This document shows, in pieces, positions 25,474 through 38,157 of a stretch of DNA of 64,000 nt. Position numbers and translations under genes: made by a program. The first letter of the stretch is position 1, and the number at the start of each line of letters is the position of its first letter. Location: positions 10,599 through 74,598 of the forward strand of contig JAADVB010000069.1 in assembly GCA_023334545.1 (NCBI GenBank). Reading direction: 5' to 3'. Source of the stretch: Salisapilia sapeloensis CBS 127946 (lineage: Eukaryota > Protista > Oomycota). The notes beneath the pieces were generated by a model that was not told the origin of the DNA, did no database searches, and saw nothing but the letters and a program-made list of their open reading frames with translations.

Positions 25474-28400
25474 CTAGCTTCTCTCCGTTCCTTTCGGCGG
25501 GCCATAATGATAGCCACCTTGGAACGTCGGCGGTAGCTCCGTGCTTTCGCCCAATGCTTTTAAAATCTTTTCAAGTCGTTGGACAATCTCGTCAAACCCA
25601 GGTCGATCCGACGGTTCTGATCGCCAGCATGACGTCAGCAAGTCGACGTACTCTGCATCGGCGTCGGACGGGACTGGAGGACGGACGTTCTGGCTTATCG
25701 TTTGCTTGTAAAACTTCACCGGGGCCATCCCCAAGAACGGATTTGACGTCCCACCAGCAATCATTTCCCACATCACAATTGCAAAGCTACACACGTACAA
25801 CATTAGACATAGGCATAAATGATAAAAGCCAAGTCGTAGGTACCTCCAGTTGTCTGCTTTGAACGTATATCCGAGGTCTTCATCGACTAGTACCTCCGGA
25901 GCAACCCTACAAAGACACAAGTCAGAGGTATATAATAGGTACACTAAAGGTATATCTTACCATCCAGTAGTACCGCACTGCGTGAATGCAGTCGAGTCTT
26001 GGTCCAGGACTTTGCTAATGCCAAAGTCGGCAACCTTGACACGCCAGTCGTCATCGACCAAAAAGTTGTGTGACTTAATATCTCGATGGATGATCCGTTT
26101 CGAGTGCAGGTACTGGATGCCTCGTGCAGCATCCAGCATCATCCGGACCTTGTACTTCCACGGTATCGTTTCAAAGTTGTTGCTATGAATCACTTCATAC
26201 AGACTCTTGCGAGAACAGTACTCTGTCAGGATAATCAGCTTCGGCTTGGTACATGCACCAATGAACAAGACGATATTCGGGTGCTTAAGCTTCCGGAGCA
26301 AAGCCACTTCCTGTGTGTAGTCCGTCAAGATCTTGTCTGTCAGTCGAACGTATCGGAAGAGTTTCACAGCGACTTCGGCCGTGCCACTGCTACTCATCCA
26401 GAAGCCTCGATACACCGTCGCTGCCTTGCCACACCCGAGCTCATTCGCTCGTCCGCCTAAGATGCGGATACTCTCGTACGGGATTTCGAGGTACTTGTTC
26501 TGAATCTCCAATACGCGTGCTTGTTCCTGTAAGCTCGACACGTCCTGTCCGAGGTCTTGTTCCGACAGATCGGTGGGAGCACCGACACTCGCCGTCCGTC
26601 GTCTGGAATTCTCTGTCGATGCATTCGACGCAGGCCCTGCATCTGCCCAATTCTGTTCTGGAGCTTTCTCTTCTTCTAGTTTCGAAGAGAGCGAGTGGGA
26701 GAGTGAAGGTGCAGGAGCAATGCGTCGACTCGATGGCTGGGAGACAGGTGCTGGTGGTGGAAATCGAGGTGACGTCGGTCCTTCTGACAAGGCAGATGGG
26801 GATCGAACCAACTCTTTATGTGTCTTTCGTCGAATGAGGAACTGTGTGACGGACAGAATCTTCTTCAGCTCTGCTTCTCGAGCCTTGACGCCTCGTTGGA
26901 CTTCATGCCGTCGTTCAGCCGAGAGTGACATGACGTTCGCGCCAATTTTGACTTGCTTCACGAGGTTCACAAGCACAGAGTCATCCCCGTTGGCTGTGTC
27001 GTCGATATGGATCTTGTCTCCGTGACTGAGACCGACGTCTTGCCGTAGCTCTGCTTCATCGTCATCCAACCACGTCGCTTTGGATCCTTGCTGGAAGACA
27101 CCGTTTTCAAATTCTTCGATCTGTCGAATCCAAACGATACGTTGACGCTCTTCCGGCACACCAATGTGCAACGCAATCTCCTTTCGTAAGTTTGCAACCG
27201 TCGCATCGTACGATACTTCGATACAGACTGCTGGCTGGACGTCACCAGACGCTTGGATGCACACAGCTCGAACGAGCATGCAGTCGCTATCGACAGCTCG
27301 ACGAACGCGATCTCGTACCGCTTCTTCCGTGATTTCAGACAAGGAGGAAGCAAAGAAATGAACGTGATGGGGAAAAACGCGGTAGATCTCACTACCATGA
27401 ATGTGCGTCGTGATGGCTCGTTGGACTTTCGAGCTTGAATTTGATCCGAAGGAGTCTCGGAAGGATTTAGGAGTGGAGCTACCGTCGTTCGATCGACAGG
27501 ACGGCGGTCCGTTCCAAAAGTCAATGTCGTCGTCGGACATGTAGTCGTTCGACTCGTCGCCATTGCCCTGCCATGTCACAAGAACGTACTTGGATACGAT
27601 CTGTCCAGTCCTTCGATGCAACGGAACGTCGACGCGGAGGTAGACATACATGGTGCATCCGTCCTGCAGTATCCGTATGATACCTCCTAAACCTTTTAGA
27701 GCATACAGTCCCGTCATCCCTTTATCTAAGACGATAAGCAACTGACTACGGTCTTGATTAGCCGTGTCGTAGCCACAGACGACCCAGTTAAACGGCGAAT
27801 CATCCGATCGAATCTCCTGTATCGCAGACTCGACGCCCGGAGCGAACTCTACTTCAGACGTAATGAAGCGACGCGACCAGGAGCGAGGTCTGTGTGGCAT
27901 TTGCTCCAACAAATGGTTATCCCTATATATACATTAGAACGAGGAGAGGAGAATAGAATAGAGGTAGGTACATGATGTCATCTGGCTTCTGGACATTGAC
28001 GTGAGATGCTGCACCCAAGTGTTTCTATCCTTTTGTCAGTACATGACACTTTATAGATATGACAGGACAACGTACTCGGATGGTGTGGTTAAATTCCGTG
28101 TACTTAGTTCGTAGGAAAATGGGCAAGTTACGTCCTTTCCAGCAAAACGAAACGTACGTGGGTGGGATACCTTCGACGTCAAAATCGAATCGACAGAGTC
28201 CATAGCAGAGTCCGGTGGAGGAAAAGAGCTCGGACGGCCATTTCGATTTGTCTGACAAGGATCCTTTGCCGTATGCTGCGACTTTCATCGTGTTCCTCCC
28301 TTCACCTCGTCCCTATTCAATGCATCAGAAAGATACTCTAGACATGGAGACAGCAAGATACGAACCGCAAAGGTGAGTATGACCCACGACGGATTGCCCT

Positions 28401-28500
28401 TTGTCCGCATATCTCGTAGCGTAGAGTCGACGTGACGGAAAGACACGTCCTGAGGCTTGACAGTCCTCACGAACGTCATGGGGATCCTCTGAACGTCCAT
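25474..28500 (-). CDS. TKL-family Ser/Thr kinase with two N-terminal ADF-H domains and a ubiquitin-like domain (6 exons)
   Basis: Introns 28313-28365, 28025-28075 and 27923-27971 (all GT-AG) join the 28285-28500 and 28025-28288 ORFs in frame to the 25957-27912 ORF. Kinase motifs VAVK, HPNIV, HRDIKSHN and DFG; TGWVAPE is formed after splicing. Confidence 0.82.
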
Positions 28501-29262
28501 CGCTCTTGCTTGACGACGATCAAGGGTTTTACTTTTTACTAGAGGTTACTGGTACACGAGCCTAGGCTGGTACAAGCTGTCGGATGGGATAGAGGGAGAG
28601 ACTGAAGCAAACGCCAAGTGCCGTTTCGATACCGGTGCGTAGTAAAAGGACAAGCTAAAGTCGTGAATTCTCTCTACCGTCCTGCTTTCACTTGGAGATA
28701 ACAGAGAGTGGTAGGACGGAACGCTTAGAAAGATTTTCTGCCACCTTTCGATTCGATCGAAGGAAGCTTTTTTCTCCGTCGAAAGGAACCGCTCGTGTGT
28801 AAATTCGCTTGCAATCGTGCGTCGGTAAGTAAAGCGCTGGTCTAAAGGCGTTTACGGACTCGTGGGCATACAAAAGAGTGCAAAGTGCGGGCACACGAAC
28901 GCACCTTCAGTCCAGGTAGGTGATCACTTCACACTGTGTAGTTCGAGCTCTCTATCCGCGCATACAATTCCCAAGATAAAACGTGGGTGCACTGGGTGGC
29001 ACATATAAGGTACATCCTTGACAACACTACAAAGCAATCTGTATCTTGGCGACGTCAATCGGTCACACCTTGGTCTGCATGTTGAAACCTCGTGTTCGTG
29101 TGCATTTGTGTCGTAAGCTAAGAAATCCACCTCGTCTTTACGCGTTTCTTTGCTCCATGAAAAGTTCATATGCCTGCATTGACGCAGTATCCTACATGTG
29201 AGAGAGGAAGTCGTAGCTGTAGACACTTTGATGAGCAATGTACAATGGGCGTTGTATTTTTT

Positions 29263-32200
29263 TTAAAAATCAGGCAGTTCAGTGTCCTCAAAGATGTCTT
29301 GGTACAACTCTGAGCTGCTGAGATGCGGCGACGCTTTCCACTCGTCATCATTCGAGATATCGTCTCCTTGTCTCTCTTCATCTCCTGTCGTTTCCATACC
29401 ATCGACAGTTTCATCCAAATCGCTGCCATTAGGTGCAGCATACTCTGTTTGATCAAACTCTTCCATTCCATTATCCCCGCTTTCATCTTCTTGCCACTCT
29501 CCGTCAACTGGATACGGCCAGCCTTCGGGAGGTGTCCAGGAGCTCTCGCCAGTGGCGTGATTGAACCAGTAAAAGTGCTCCGAACCAGGATCGTATCCCT
29601 TCTCCCAATCACCAAACGTCTCGGCATCATCGTCGTCTTGTTCCTCCTCATCAACTGCCTCATCGCTTATATCAAATTGAGCATCTTGTTCCGCTTCCTC
29701 TTCTTCATTTACTTCGTCAGTATTACCAATGGTAATCTCGGCGGTCGTAACCGTGTTGCCAAGCAGATCATCAATGCCTGCCGTCAAATCTTCGACATCA
29801 CGTAGTAATTCGCTTTCACTTGTAGCATCTTGTGAATCGGCAGGATCGTACATCGTGTTGTCTTGCTCCTTTTCCACGACTTCCTCCTCGCTCATCTCAT
29901 TTTCCGGTGCTTTGTAATTTAGTTCGAGAACACTAGCTTCTGTACCACTCTCGTCGATGTGGGATCCAACATTTTCCTGTTCTTCACACGGACTGTCATC
30001 TAAGGATCCAAAGAATTCCGTCGGGCTAATGTCTGTAATATCCTCTCCACTTTGATGACTGCTAAATTTGGTCATGAAAGGAGTGGATGATGGAATGCTA
30101 CTTTCATCTTGCACAAGATCTGAAAACAATGACGAGTCTTCCTTTAAGAAGTCCATATCGTCAAAGTTGTCCGAGGGAGTGGTTGTCGAATCAACAAATC
30201 CAGCTTCATCATGGATTGCGCTACTTGTCGTCCCCGTCGAACTTGCCAATAATTCAAACGTCACGTTATCAGCTTCAAAGTCAATATCAGTGTTCGCTTC
30301 GGCGTGCAGTTGCATCGATTCTTTATCCAGCTCTTCTTTTGCTTCGCTTGAACTTGCGTTCACTTCGGTAGCGGGGCCAAGCTCTTGCAATGTCTGATCG
30401 ACTGTTTCAATGCCGATTAATCCTGGCTCATGTATTTCCATCTCTTCAAAAGACGATTTAAGCTGAGCTTTTGCTTGGAGCAATTGGTCGTATTTGTCTT
30501 TCGAAGCCGATAGTTGGTCATTATCAATGTCTCCAGCTTGGATGTTTTCATACAAGTTTCGACTCTGAATTTCATCTAGTAAGCCCATATTTTCAAGCTT
30601 TCTTCTGTACGCAAGCACCTTGGCATTATCGCATTGATCACTTTCACTCATTGTCGCCAATACCTTCAGAGCTGTACCGATCGTAGATATCTCTTCCTCG
30701 GCGTGATTTATAAAGTCGGACACGGCTAATGCACACAGGAACTTACTACCTTTAGCTTGTACGTCTTCACCGGATACTCTTCGTTGCTGACTTTCACTGA
30801 TCGATTCGGATTGTACTTCTGGTTTCCTGGAAGTAGAAGACACTTTTGGAGTGGCTAGTGGTTCCTCCTGCTGTGCTGCTTTAGATGAAACTCTTGTTGG
30901 CAATGTTCGAGTTGCGCTAGAAGTATCTTTGATGCTTCTCGGTTTTGTTGGAGATCGGTCGTAGCTCCCAACTCTTTCTGCAACAGACATGGAAACTTCG
31001 AATGTCGGTCGTAACTTTGTGCGCTGTCGCTTTTGAACAAGGTTCGTGTCTACAGGAATAAACTTTGGCATACTGAGTCGGTTCACACGATCTATATGTG
31101 CTTGGGACATAGCTTTTCCACTATTAGATTTGCTCTTTTTCTTCAAACTACCATGGTTTGGCGGGAGTGGCGGTCCAAAGCAAAAGAGCGACAATCTCGT
31201 TCTGTTAGGTGATGCCGGTGCTTTTTGTCGAGACCGATATGCAAGAGCCTGACTTCGCGCTTCATCCTTTTGCCGTTGTTCATCTCTTTTAGAAAATCTT
31301 GGTGGTGGATACTCGTCGTTTTCCCAACTGTCAAAGGTATTCGAACCTGCTGCTACTGGGTCCTGCCGAAGCTGAATTAAATCGCAGGCTGTGGTCACCC
31401 ACATCGGACTGGAATCTGCCAACTCCTCTGCATCAAAAAGAGACTTTGATGTACTACCCAAGGAGCCTTCACGCTGTTTCTTTATTGCTTTTAAATGCCT
31501 AGTTGCAGAGTGAAAGCTTCCAACCGTCAACAAGTTAGGTAGAAAGTTTAAAAGATGTGTCAGGTTCTTCCTCTTCTGACCGCCGTGTCCTGATACGACC
31601 GGATTGTTATCCAAATCCAAATGCTCGAGTGCCTGGTTGATGGAAAGCAATCGTAAAGACGGCACACCAACAATTCGGTTACCCGACAAATTCAGCACAT
31701 TTAGTTCCTGCATGTGCTCTATATTTACGACAGACTTCAATTGATTGTTGCTCAGGTTCAATGCTTGAAGATGAAGCAACTTCGTTAGTCCACTAACAGT
31801 TCGCAATCCGTTAGAGGAGAGATCGAGAACTCGCAGCTTTTTAAATGCGTCAAAGCTTTCTTCATGCATCTTAGTCAGCTGGTTGCTAGACAAGTCGAGT
31901 ACTCGCAGTGATGGAAACCGGCACTTTCTAAACATTGACAAACTTGAAAGTCCATTATTCGGTAGTAGCAGTGCAATCAGATTGTGCGCTGGAAGCTCAT
32001 TTGGATAGTCAGAAATCATTTGCCCTTGATGCACATTTGGAAAGTGAACCTTTGCAACATACTGCTCTTTGGTGCCTTTCATGACTTCATAGACGATGGA
32101 CTGATACTTTTCATGATCCTTTACTTCATCGATCATTTTAAGTCCATCCAAAGAGGAATGGATTAAAGGAGAATTAGACAATTTCAACGGTTCTTGTTCA

Positions 32201-33895
32201 GGTTTGACAGCCTCCACCAAGCTATCCATCCTAGAAGTAGTATTCTCTACTATATTTGCAGAAACTGTCAGTGTCGAATCCTTCATCTCTCCGTGTCTTT
32301 CTTTCAAGCTTGTTGGTGCAGTATTTCGATCATACGTGTCTTCTTTTATTTCTGCTTTGTCTACTTCTTCATTAACAGATTCAAACACATTCAGTCTTGA
32401 AAAATCTGACCTAGATGGTCGCTGAGATCGTATCAGTAATCGTTCTTCGTCTATACTACCTGTAAAGGTATTTGCATTGGCAGTAGTGTTCCTGTAGTTG
32501 CTCCGTCCTAGCTCATTAGCTGGGCTGGAAGCTGTGTGGAGCAGCACTGGCTGAGGACCTTTTGTTACAAAGCTTTCACGATGACCACGCCCTGGCGATC
32601 GAGTACTAGTCGGTGGCTCTTCTTGCACAATACCGGTAATTTCGGTAAAAGTATGCACTCGCTCTGCCCCAAATACTTCTTTTGGAGGTGATAGCTCATT
32701 TCCAGATATAGTATTTGTAGGAGATGGCGGTCTTTGTTCTGTTGGCATCGATGCATTTAAAGATGATGGTATTTGACCTTTCTCAGGACAATTAGAAGGT
32801 GTTGTGGTACTGGTCTTTTGAGCGGAATCATTCGCACTTCCACTCCAGCACCTCGCATCGTCGATAGCACTGAGCGACTTCGACTGGCGAGATGGTAACG
32901 CCCTTAACAATGATTTCCTTGGTGACCGAATCAACTGTTCCAGAGAAGGATCCGGTGACACTGTCTCGTCATCATACTCCGGGAAGCACTTGGTCAGCAT
33001 AATCGATTCTAGGTTTCTACATACATCCTGTGGGTTATGAGACGAGGTTTTCCGAGCCATCATCAACTTCATCTCTTTTTTACTAGGCTCTGACCCAGAT
33101 ACAACTTTTGCCAAAGCACGTAAGTCCTCTTCATCGACAGTTCTTACATTGTCATAGTCGAGAAGATGGATCGCCGCCTTGATCTCAAGCCTTCGGTCTT
33201 CAATTTTCAGCAAGGCAGTGTACTGATCAATCTCCTTTAGGATGGAACTTGATACGGCATTTCCCTTAAAATTAACATGTGTCAAGTATTTCGCATACTC
33301 TGGTCTGTGTGTTGGTTCCGCTTCTGTTAAGTCCTTCACCTTCGCTTCCAATTCTCGTTCAGCTTGGGCAGCAACCACTTGACGACGCAGTAGCTCTCCA
33401 ATCGCCATGGCACCCTGCAAATACATTACTGACAAATTCAGGAAAGTTAAACCGTAGATGTACTCACCTCATCCGTAATCTGGTTATGCTTTAAGTCAAT
33501 AGAGGAAAGCATGGGCATTTCCAGTAGAGTTTCTGCAAGAACTGTGACTTGGTCATCCGTAAGTTCTTGGTGTGCGTATTCAGCAGTATGAAACACTTTC
33601 TGACTAGAAATCGCTTTGTATATGCTCTACCCACCATGCTCATGTCAGTCTCAGCTTGCAAAGCGGATAAAATTCCTGTTACCTTTTCGAGGCACGGAGG
33701 CACTGGAACATGTCGCTCAGCAGCAATTTTTCGATATAAATCACGAAACCTGCGGAGAATGTTGATGAGCTATTTGTCGAACTAGACGCGGGCAAGTTCA
33801 CTAGGCACGAGATACCTTTTCATATCATCCAAAGACGGTGTCCGCAACATTTTCGTCTTCTTCTTCTTCGCTTTATGGAAGATGCCACCGAACAT
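29263..33895 (-). CDS. Large LRR (SDS22-like) and WW domain protein; 5' exons approximate
   Basis: LRRs LRVLDLSSNQL, LRVLDLSSNGL, LQALNLSNNQL, LNVLNLSGNRI and LEHLDLDNNPV; WW domain DWEKGYDPGSEHFYWFNHATGESSWTPP. Upstream exons with GT-AG junctions extend to ATG 33895 (MFGGIFHK). Confidence 0.7.
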
Positions 33896-34061
33896 CGTTT
33901 ATTAGTGCTCGGAGTACGTTGTATACTTTTCGTCTAAAGCAATGCTTGCTATATTTGCCAATTGGGCGTGCATTGTTTAGACTGCTTCTAATTTTATCTT
34001 TGGTCATCTAGATATAAATACATCGTACCATGGACACGTTAATAGATTAAAGATAAGCTCA

Positions 34062-36294
34062 ATGGAAAACAAAGGAAATTCAGATACAGCAGAGGATGAC
34101 GGGGAAGAAACCCAAGTCGACATACTGGATGAGGAAGGCGAGCAGACAAGCACGAACATTGATTATATCATGAGGCGAAAAGAGAACGAATGGATGGATC
34201 GACTTCGACTGCTGAAAGAAGAATCTGAGAGCCTTATGACACAGGAACGAAAACGATATGAGGAGTTGGAAGCTAAACATCAGGAGCTAAAACGAAAGCA
34301 TGCTGACGAAGTAGCTGAAATGGAAGCTCATCATGTGAAAACAGTACAGGAAGTCGAAAACCAGTATGAGCAAAAGCTTGCCTACGAGCTTACTAGATAT
34401 GACACACTATCAGAGACATTGGAGAATACAAGACAGAAATGTGCAGCTTTAATTGAAAGTCAGGATACGCATTATCGGAGTCGGCTCCACAATGAGCGTA
34501 GAATGAATGAAGCTCGTTCCAATGAACAAAGTGAAATCCTTAAGCGTCTTCATGACGACATGAAATACAACCATATTAAGTTTGAGGAAGTGCTTGAACA
34601 AGAGGAAAGTGAGTATGAAATGCAACTTCTTAAGCTGCGCGAAGATTACGAAAAACAGTTAGAGATGGAGCGTCAGAATACAGCATTGAAACAAGGTCAG
34701 CTCAGTGCTACAACTACTAAACTGGAGTCCATGAAAAAGAAGGTTCAAGAACTTAAAGCATTTGCACAGACACAAGATGCTTTGCTCGTAAATGAGACTG
34801 CAAAAGTCGAAAAGTTAGAGCAAGCAATCGTTCAGTATGAAAAGCAGAGTGAAGTGTACAAGGAAACGATTGGAAACAGAGACAAAGAAATACATGAACT
34901 AAAGTCCTCGAATCGCATTTTGGAGAAGTTTCGATCGGTCTTGGAACACCGAATTGAGAATCTAGAGATGGAGAAAGCCCCAATGCAAGAACATGTTACA
35001 AGTCTGGAAACAAACATTAAGGAGATGCAAAATGAACTTGCTCAAGGGCTGCGCCAAAAGCAGTTGTCAGATAAAGAAATTGATGTAAAAGAAACCCGAT
35101 TGAAACTTATCACGAATGAAGTGCGTGTACTGCGCCAGAAGTTTACTCAAAAGGATTATGCCATGAGTGAAATGGTGCGGACCATAGGACAGATTTCGCA
35201 GATGACGAATTTAAAAGACATGGAAGTAGCAGTGAAGCATGCATTCAATGGATTCGTAGCAGAATTAAACAAACAAAAGCAAAAGTCGGCTCCACAAAGT
35301 AGCGCACCAGGAACACCAGGAACACCAGGAACTCCATCAGCAAAGACGCAGAAAGCTATGTCTCCGATGGACCCCAAGCTGTCCAAAATACTGAAAAAAG
35401 ATGATACTGTACAGGACCCTTCGACAAGTCTTGATGTTGTTCTTGGCTTTGACTCTAAGCAAGCCGTCGAAGAATCGGAAAAACAAGTTGAATATCAGAA
35501 CAAGACATTAAAAACCCTTCGGTCAGCTTTGGGAAATACACAAGCCAAAGCAGTTCGTGTTCGGCGTGAAGCCATATCGGAAGGAAGTGTGCTCATTGAA
35601 GAATGCAATCACCTGCGAAAAGAAAACAAGGAGCTCCGCATGCAGTTGCGAGAAAAAGATGGTGCTGGTCATGGAAGCAATAATCGAAGGGGAAAAACTA
35701 GCGTCAATACAGAAAGCAAAGGATCAATGACACCGTCCAAGAATCTGCTTGGAAGTGCTTCTTGCCCATCCATTGAATCCATGTCACCACAGGGATCTAT
35801 CCTGTGCAACAGTCCAGTGGTAACAAGTCCATTAAAGCTAAAACCACTACGGTCGCAATCGCCTGGAAATAACAGACGACTAGATCAGTTATCTAGTCCA
35901 GCAGCACTAAGAGGACATTTCGAACGACATCGGCACCAGGCACCACTTGAACGCATGGATGACATGAAAAACATTATTAGCGATCAAGAGAGAGAAATCA
36001 TGCGATTGAAAAGACAAATTCAAATTTTGCTTGAAGAGGACAAAGGTACATTTATTATGTCGTCTTTATATTTTTTATGTTAATGAGATCTTGTGCGTAG
36101 ATGACACTAATCTTGAACTATCATCTTTACAGTCGCATTCGGAAACACAAAATGTGAAGTGGGCGAACACCATACCTTTAGTCAGTCCGCTTGGTTCCCT
36201 TCGGCCGCTCACATCACCAACCGGGCAATCGCTGGACTCTTCGTTTGTACTAGCAACGTCCCAGAGCCCAACACCCGATGCTTCACTTGCGTGA
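34062..36294 (+). CDS. Coiled-coil protein matching the C-terminal half of CFAP57/WDR65 (no WD40 part seen)
   Basis: ETIGNRDKEIHELKSSNRILEKFRSVLEHRI parallels the CFAP57 motif [31 protein letters not shown] also matches. One intron near 36047-36100, stop at 36294. Confidence 0.65.
35307..35333 (+). repeat. 9-bp coding tandem repeat CCAGGAAC(A/T) x3, encoding PGT-PGT-PGT
   Basis: Read directly from the sequence, inside a low-complexity linker of the CFAP57-like gene. Confidence 0.8.
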
Positions 36295-37311
36295 TTGCCT
36301 GCTACTAGGGAAGTACAAACACTAACAGCTCCTTCATTGCAACGTGATGACAGTAAATCAACCGAGTACGCGCCTTTCACTTTCCTTCAAGCTCAGGAAA
36401 CACATGTCATGGATAAGTTCGGGCCTGTCATGATCATGGAACATTCTCTTCTGTATTTGAACCGCTATAGGCGTGGAATATCGTCGATAAGAACACAGTG
36501 CCCTTTCATTTGCATACTTTGACGAACCGTTGTCCAATTCTTTTTGTATGGCAACTGGCTTTGCGTTGATTCGAATGGTAACTTGGATCTGCTTTTTGTT
36601 CGATTGCCATCCTTTCTTCCTGTCTAGGTCTTATCTTTGCGACTAATCGTGCAACTATTCGTGTTCACTGGTCACCTGCAAAAGTATGCGATGTACGACT
36701 GGGCGTAGTATGCATTGGTGAACTTTTGCTTTGCTCTTTGTAGCTATTAAGATCGGATCTAGTAGCTTCGTCTAACTCTTACATTTCTCTGCATTCTGGT
36801 GAAATACCCAAAAGTCTCCCCAACCACCACCAATCGCATTATGTGCTATTTTCTCATCTACTGGACTCTTCCAATTCCGGCATACCCCAATCTGCGGGCT
36901 CAGACTCGATGCAGCCCGAAATAAGCCTGATAGCAGAAAGCTTGACCAGACTGGGATTTTCTACCTTGACATCAGCTTCTAGTCCTGTTCATCTTCGGGT
37001 CAGCACCTCAGGCGAATCCTTCTGGACATATAGCAAACGCAAGAGTACGTCACTACCTAAAGTGACGCACAGTTCCTAGTAGCTCTCCGCCTCCTTCATC
37101 TTCCACCTCCAGGTACACACTTGGTACAGGAGCGTCGACAGTGCTATACAAAAATCAAGTTGTGCGCTGACTACCTAGCTCGGAACCAGCTTGGAAGAAG
37201 CGGTCAAGACGAGCCCGAGGACAGTCCACACAAACGCCATTCTGTGACTTTTCTCTCACTACGTGAATTGCCCCAGCATCGTCATCTACTTCCGACAACT
37301 TTTACCCTAGT

Positions 37312-38157
37312 ATGGATCTCGCTGTTCGAGTAAACGTTCGCTATGCAGCACCTCCTGACTCCCAGCTTAAGGATGTTATGCGCCTATTTAAGAGCGCCCG
37401 TTGGGTCCGCTCCGTTTTACGCCACATACTGCCACAACTGCGTCGATCGACGCCAATCTCGGTAACTGAATTGGAGCGCTTGCGGCAAAGCGCCGAGGTG
37501 ATCACAGACCCGTCTCAGTCTTGCGCTGTCTGTCTCGAATCAGTGGCTGGAGGGCTGTCCATGGAACTCGCGTGCCACCATCGTTTCCATGTTGAATGTA
37601 TCGAGCGATGGCTGCGTGTTCGTAGCACTTGTCCTTGCTGCCGATCGCAATTGCCAACGGAAGAGCATGCCAAATACAGCATATCATCCATCAACACTAC
37701 GATACTATTGCCAAAAGACCAGTCTCAACTACCACCTCACGAGCTGGCCAACTTGTCTACCACAGGTCTAACCATCCGAGCTGTAGTCAATGCAAAAGTT
37801 CGTCGGGATGAACGACAGAGTGAGGACACATCGGTCGGTGAGCATGAGACGATACCATCTCTCCATTCAGGAGATCGGCAACATGACTTGGTCCAGTTGC
37901 AAGCAAGAGCCCCGGAGGTAATGACGACGACAGTGGAGACTGGCGGTAATGCGAGTGAGTCGTCCCCCGTTTGTGTGCAAGTACCTACAGTTCCTCTGTT
38001 TCAACGTCATTTGACGAGACGACGGAATCGTGAGTGCTCTGGAAGTGATGTGGAAAGGGAGAATGAGTCAAACAAGAGAAGACGAGGAAATGCACCCTCA
38101 CAAATGCTACAAGTCAAAGAACAAGACCGGAGTCCGGCAACTGCCACAACTTTATAG
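37312..38157 (+). CDS. RING-H2 finger E3 ligase, intronless
   Basis: CAVCLE...LACHHRFHVECIERWLRVRSTCPCCR (C3H2C3). Confidence 0.85.
   Translation: MDLAVRVNVRYAAPPDSQLKDVMRLFKSARWVRSVLRHILPQLRRSTPISVTELERLRQSAEVITDPSQSCAVCLESVAGGLSMELACHHRFHVECIERWLRVRSTCPCCRSQLPTEEHAKYSISSINTTILLPKDQSQLPPHELANLSTTGLTIRAVVNAKVRRDERQSEDTSVGEHETIPSLHSGDRQHDLVQLQARAPEVMTTTVETGGNASESSPVCVQVPTVPLFQRHLTRRRNRECSGSDVERENESNKRRRGNAPSQMLQVKEQDRSPATATTL

Noticed and set aside
28501-29262. ORFs 28688-28894 and 28924-29238 on the minus strand
   Set aside because: No motifs or convincing splice path; more likely promoter and UTR DNA between the kinase and LRR-WW genes.
36295-37311. Short ORFs between the CFAP57-like and RING genes
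   Set aside because: No recognisable domains or consistent exon chain.
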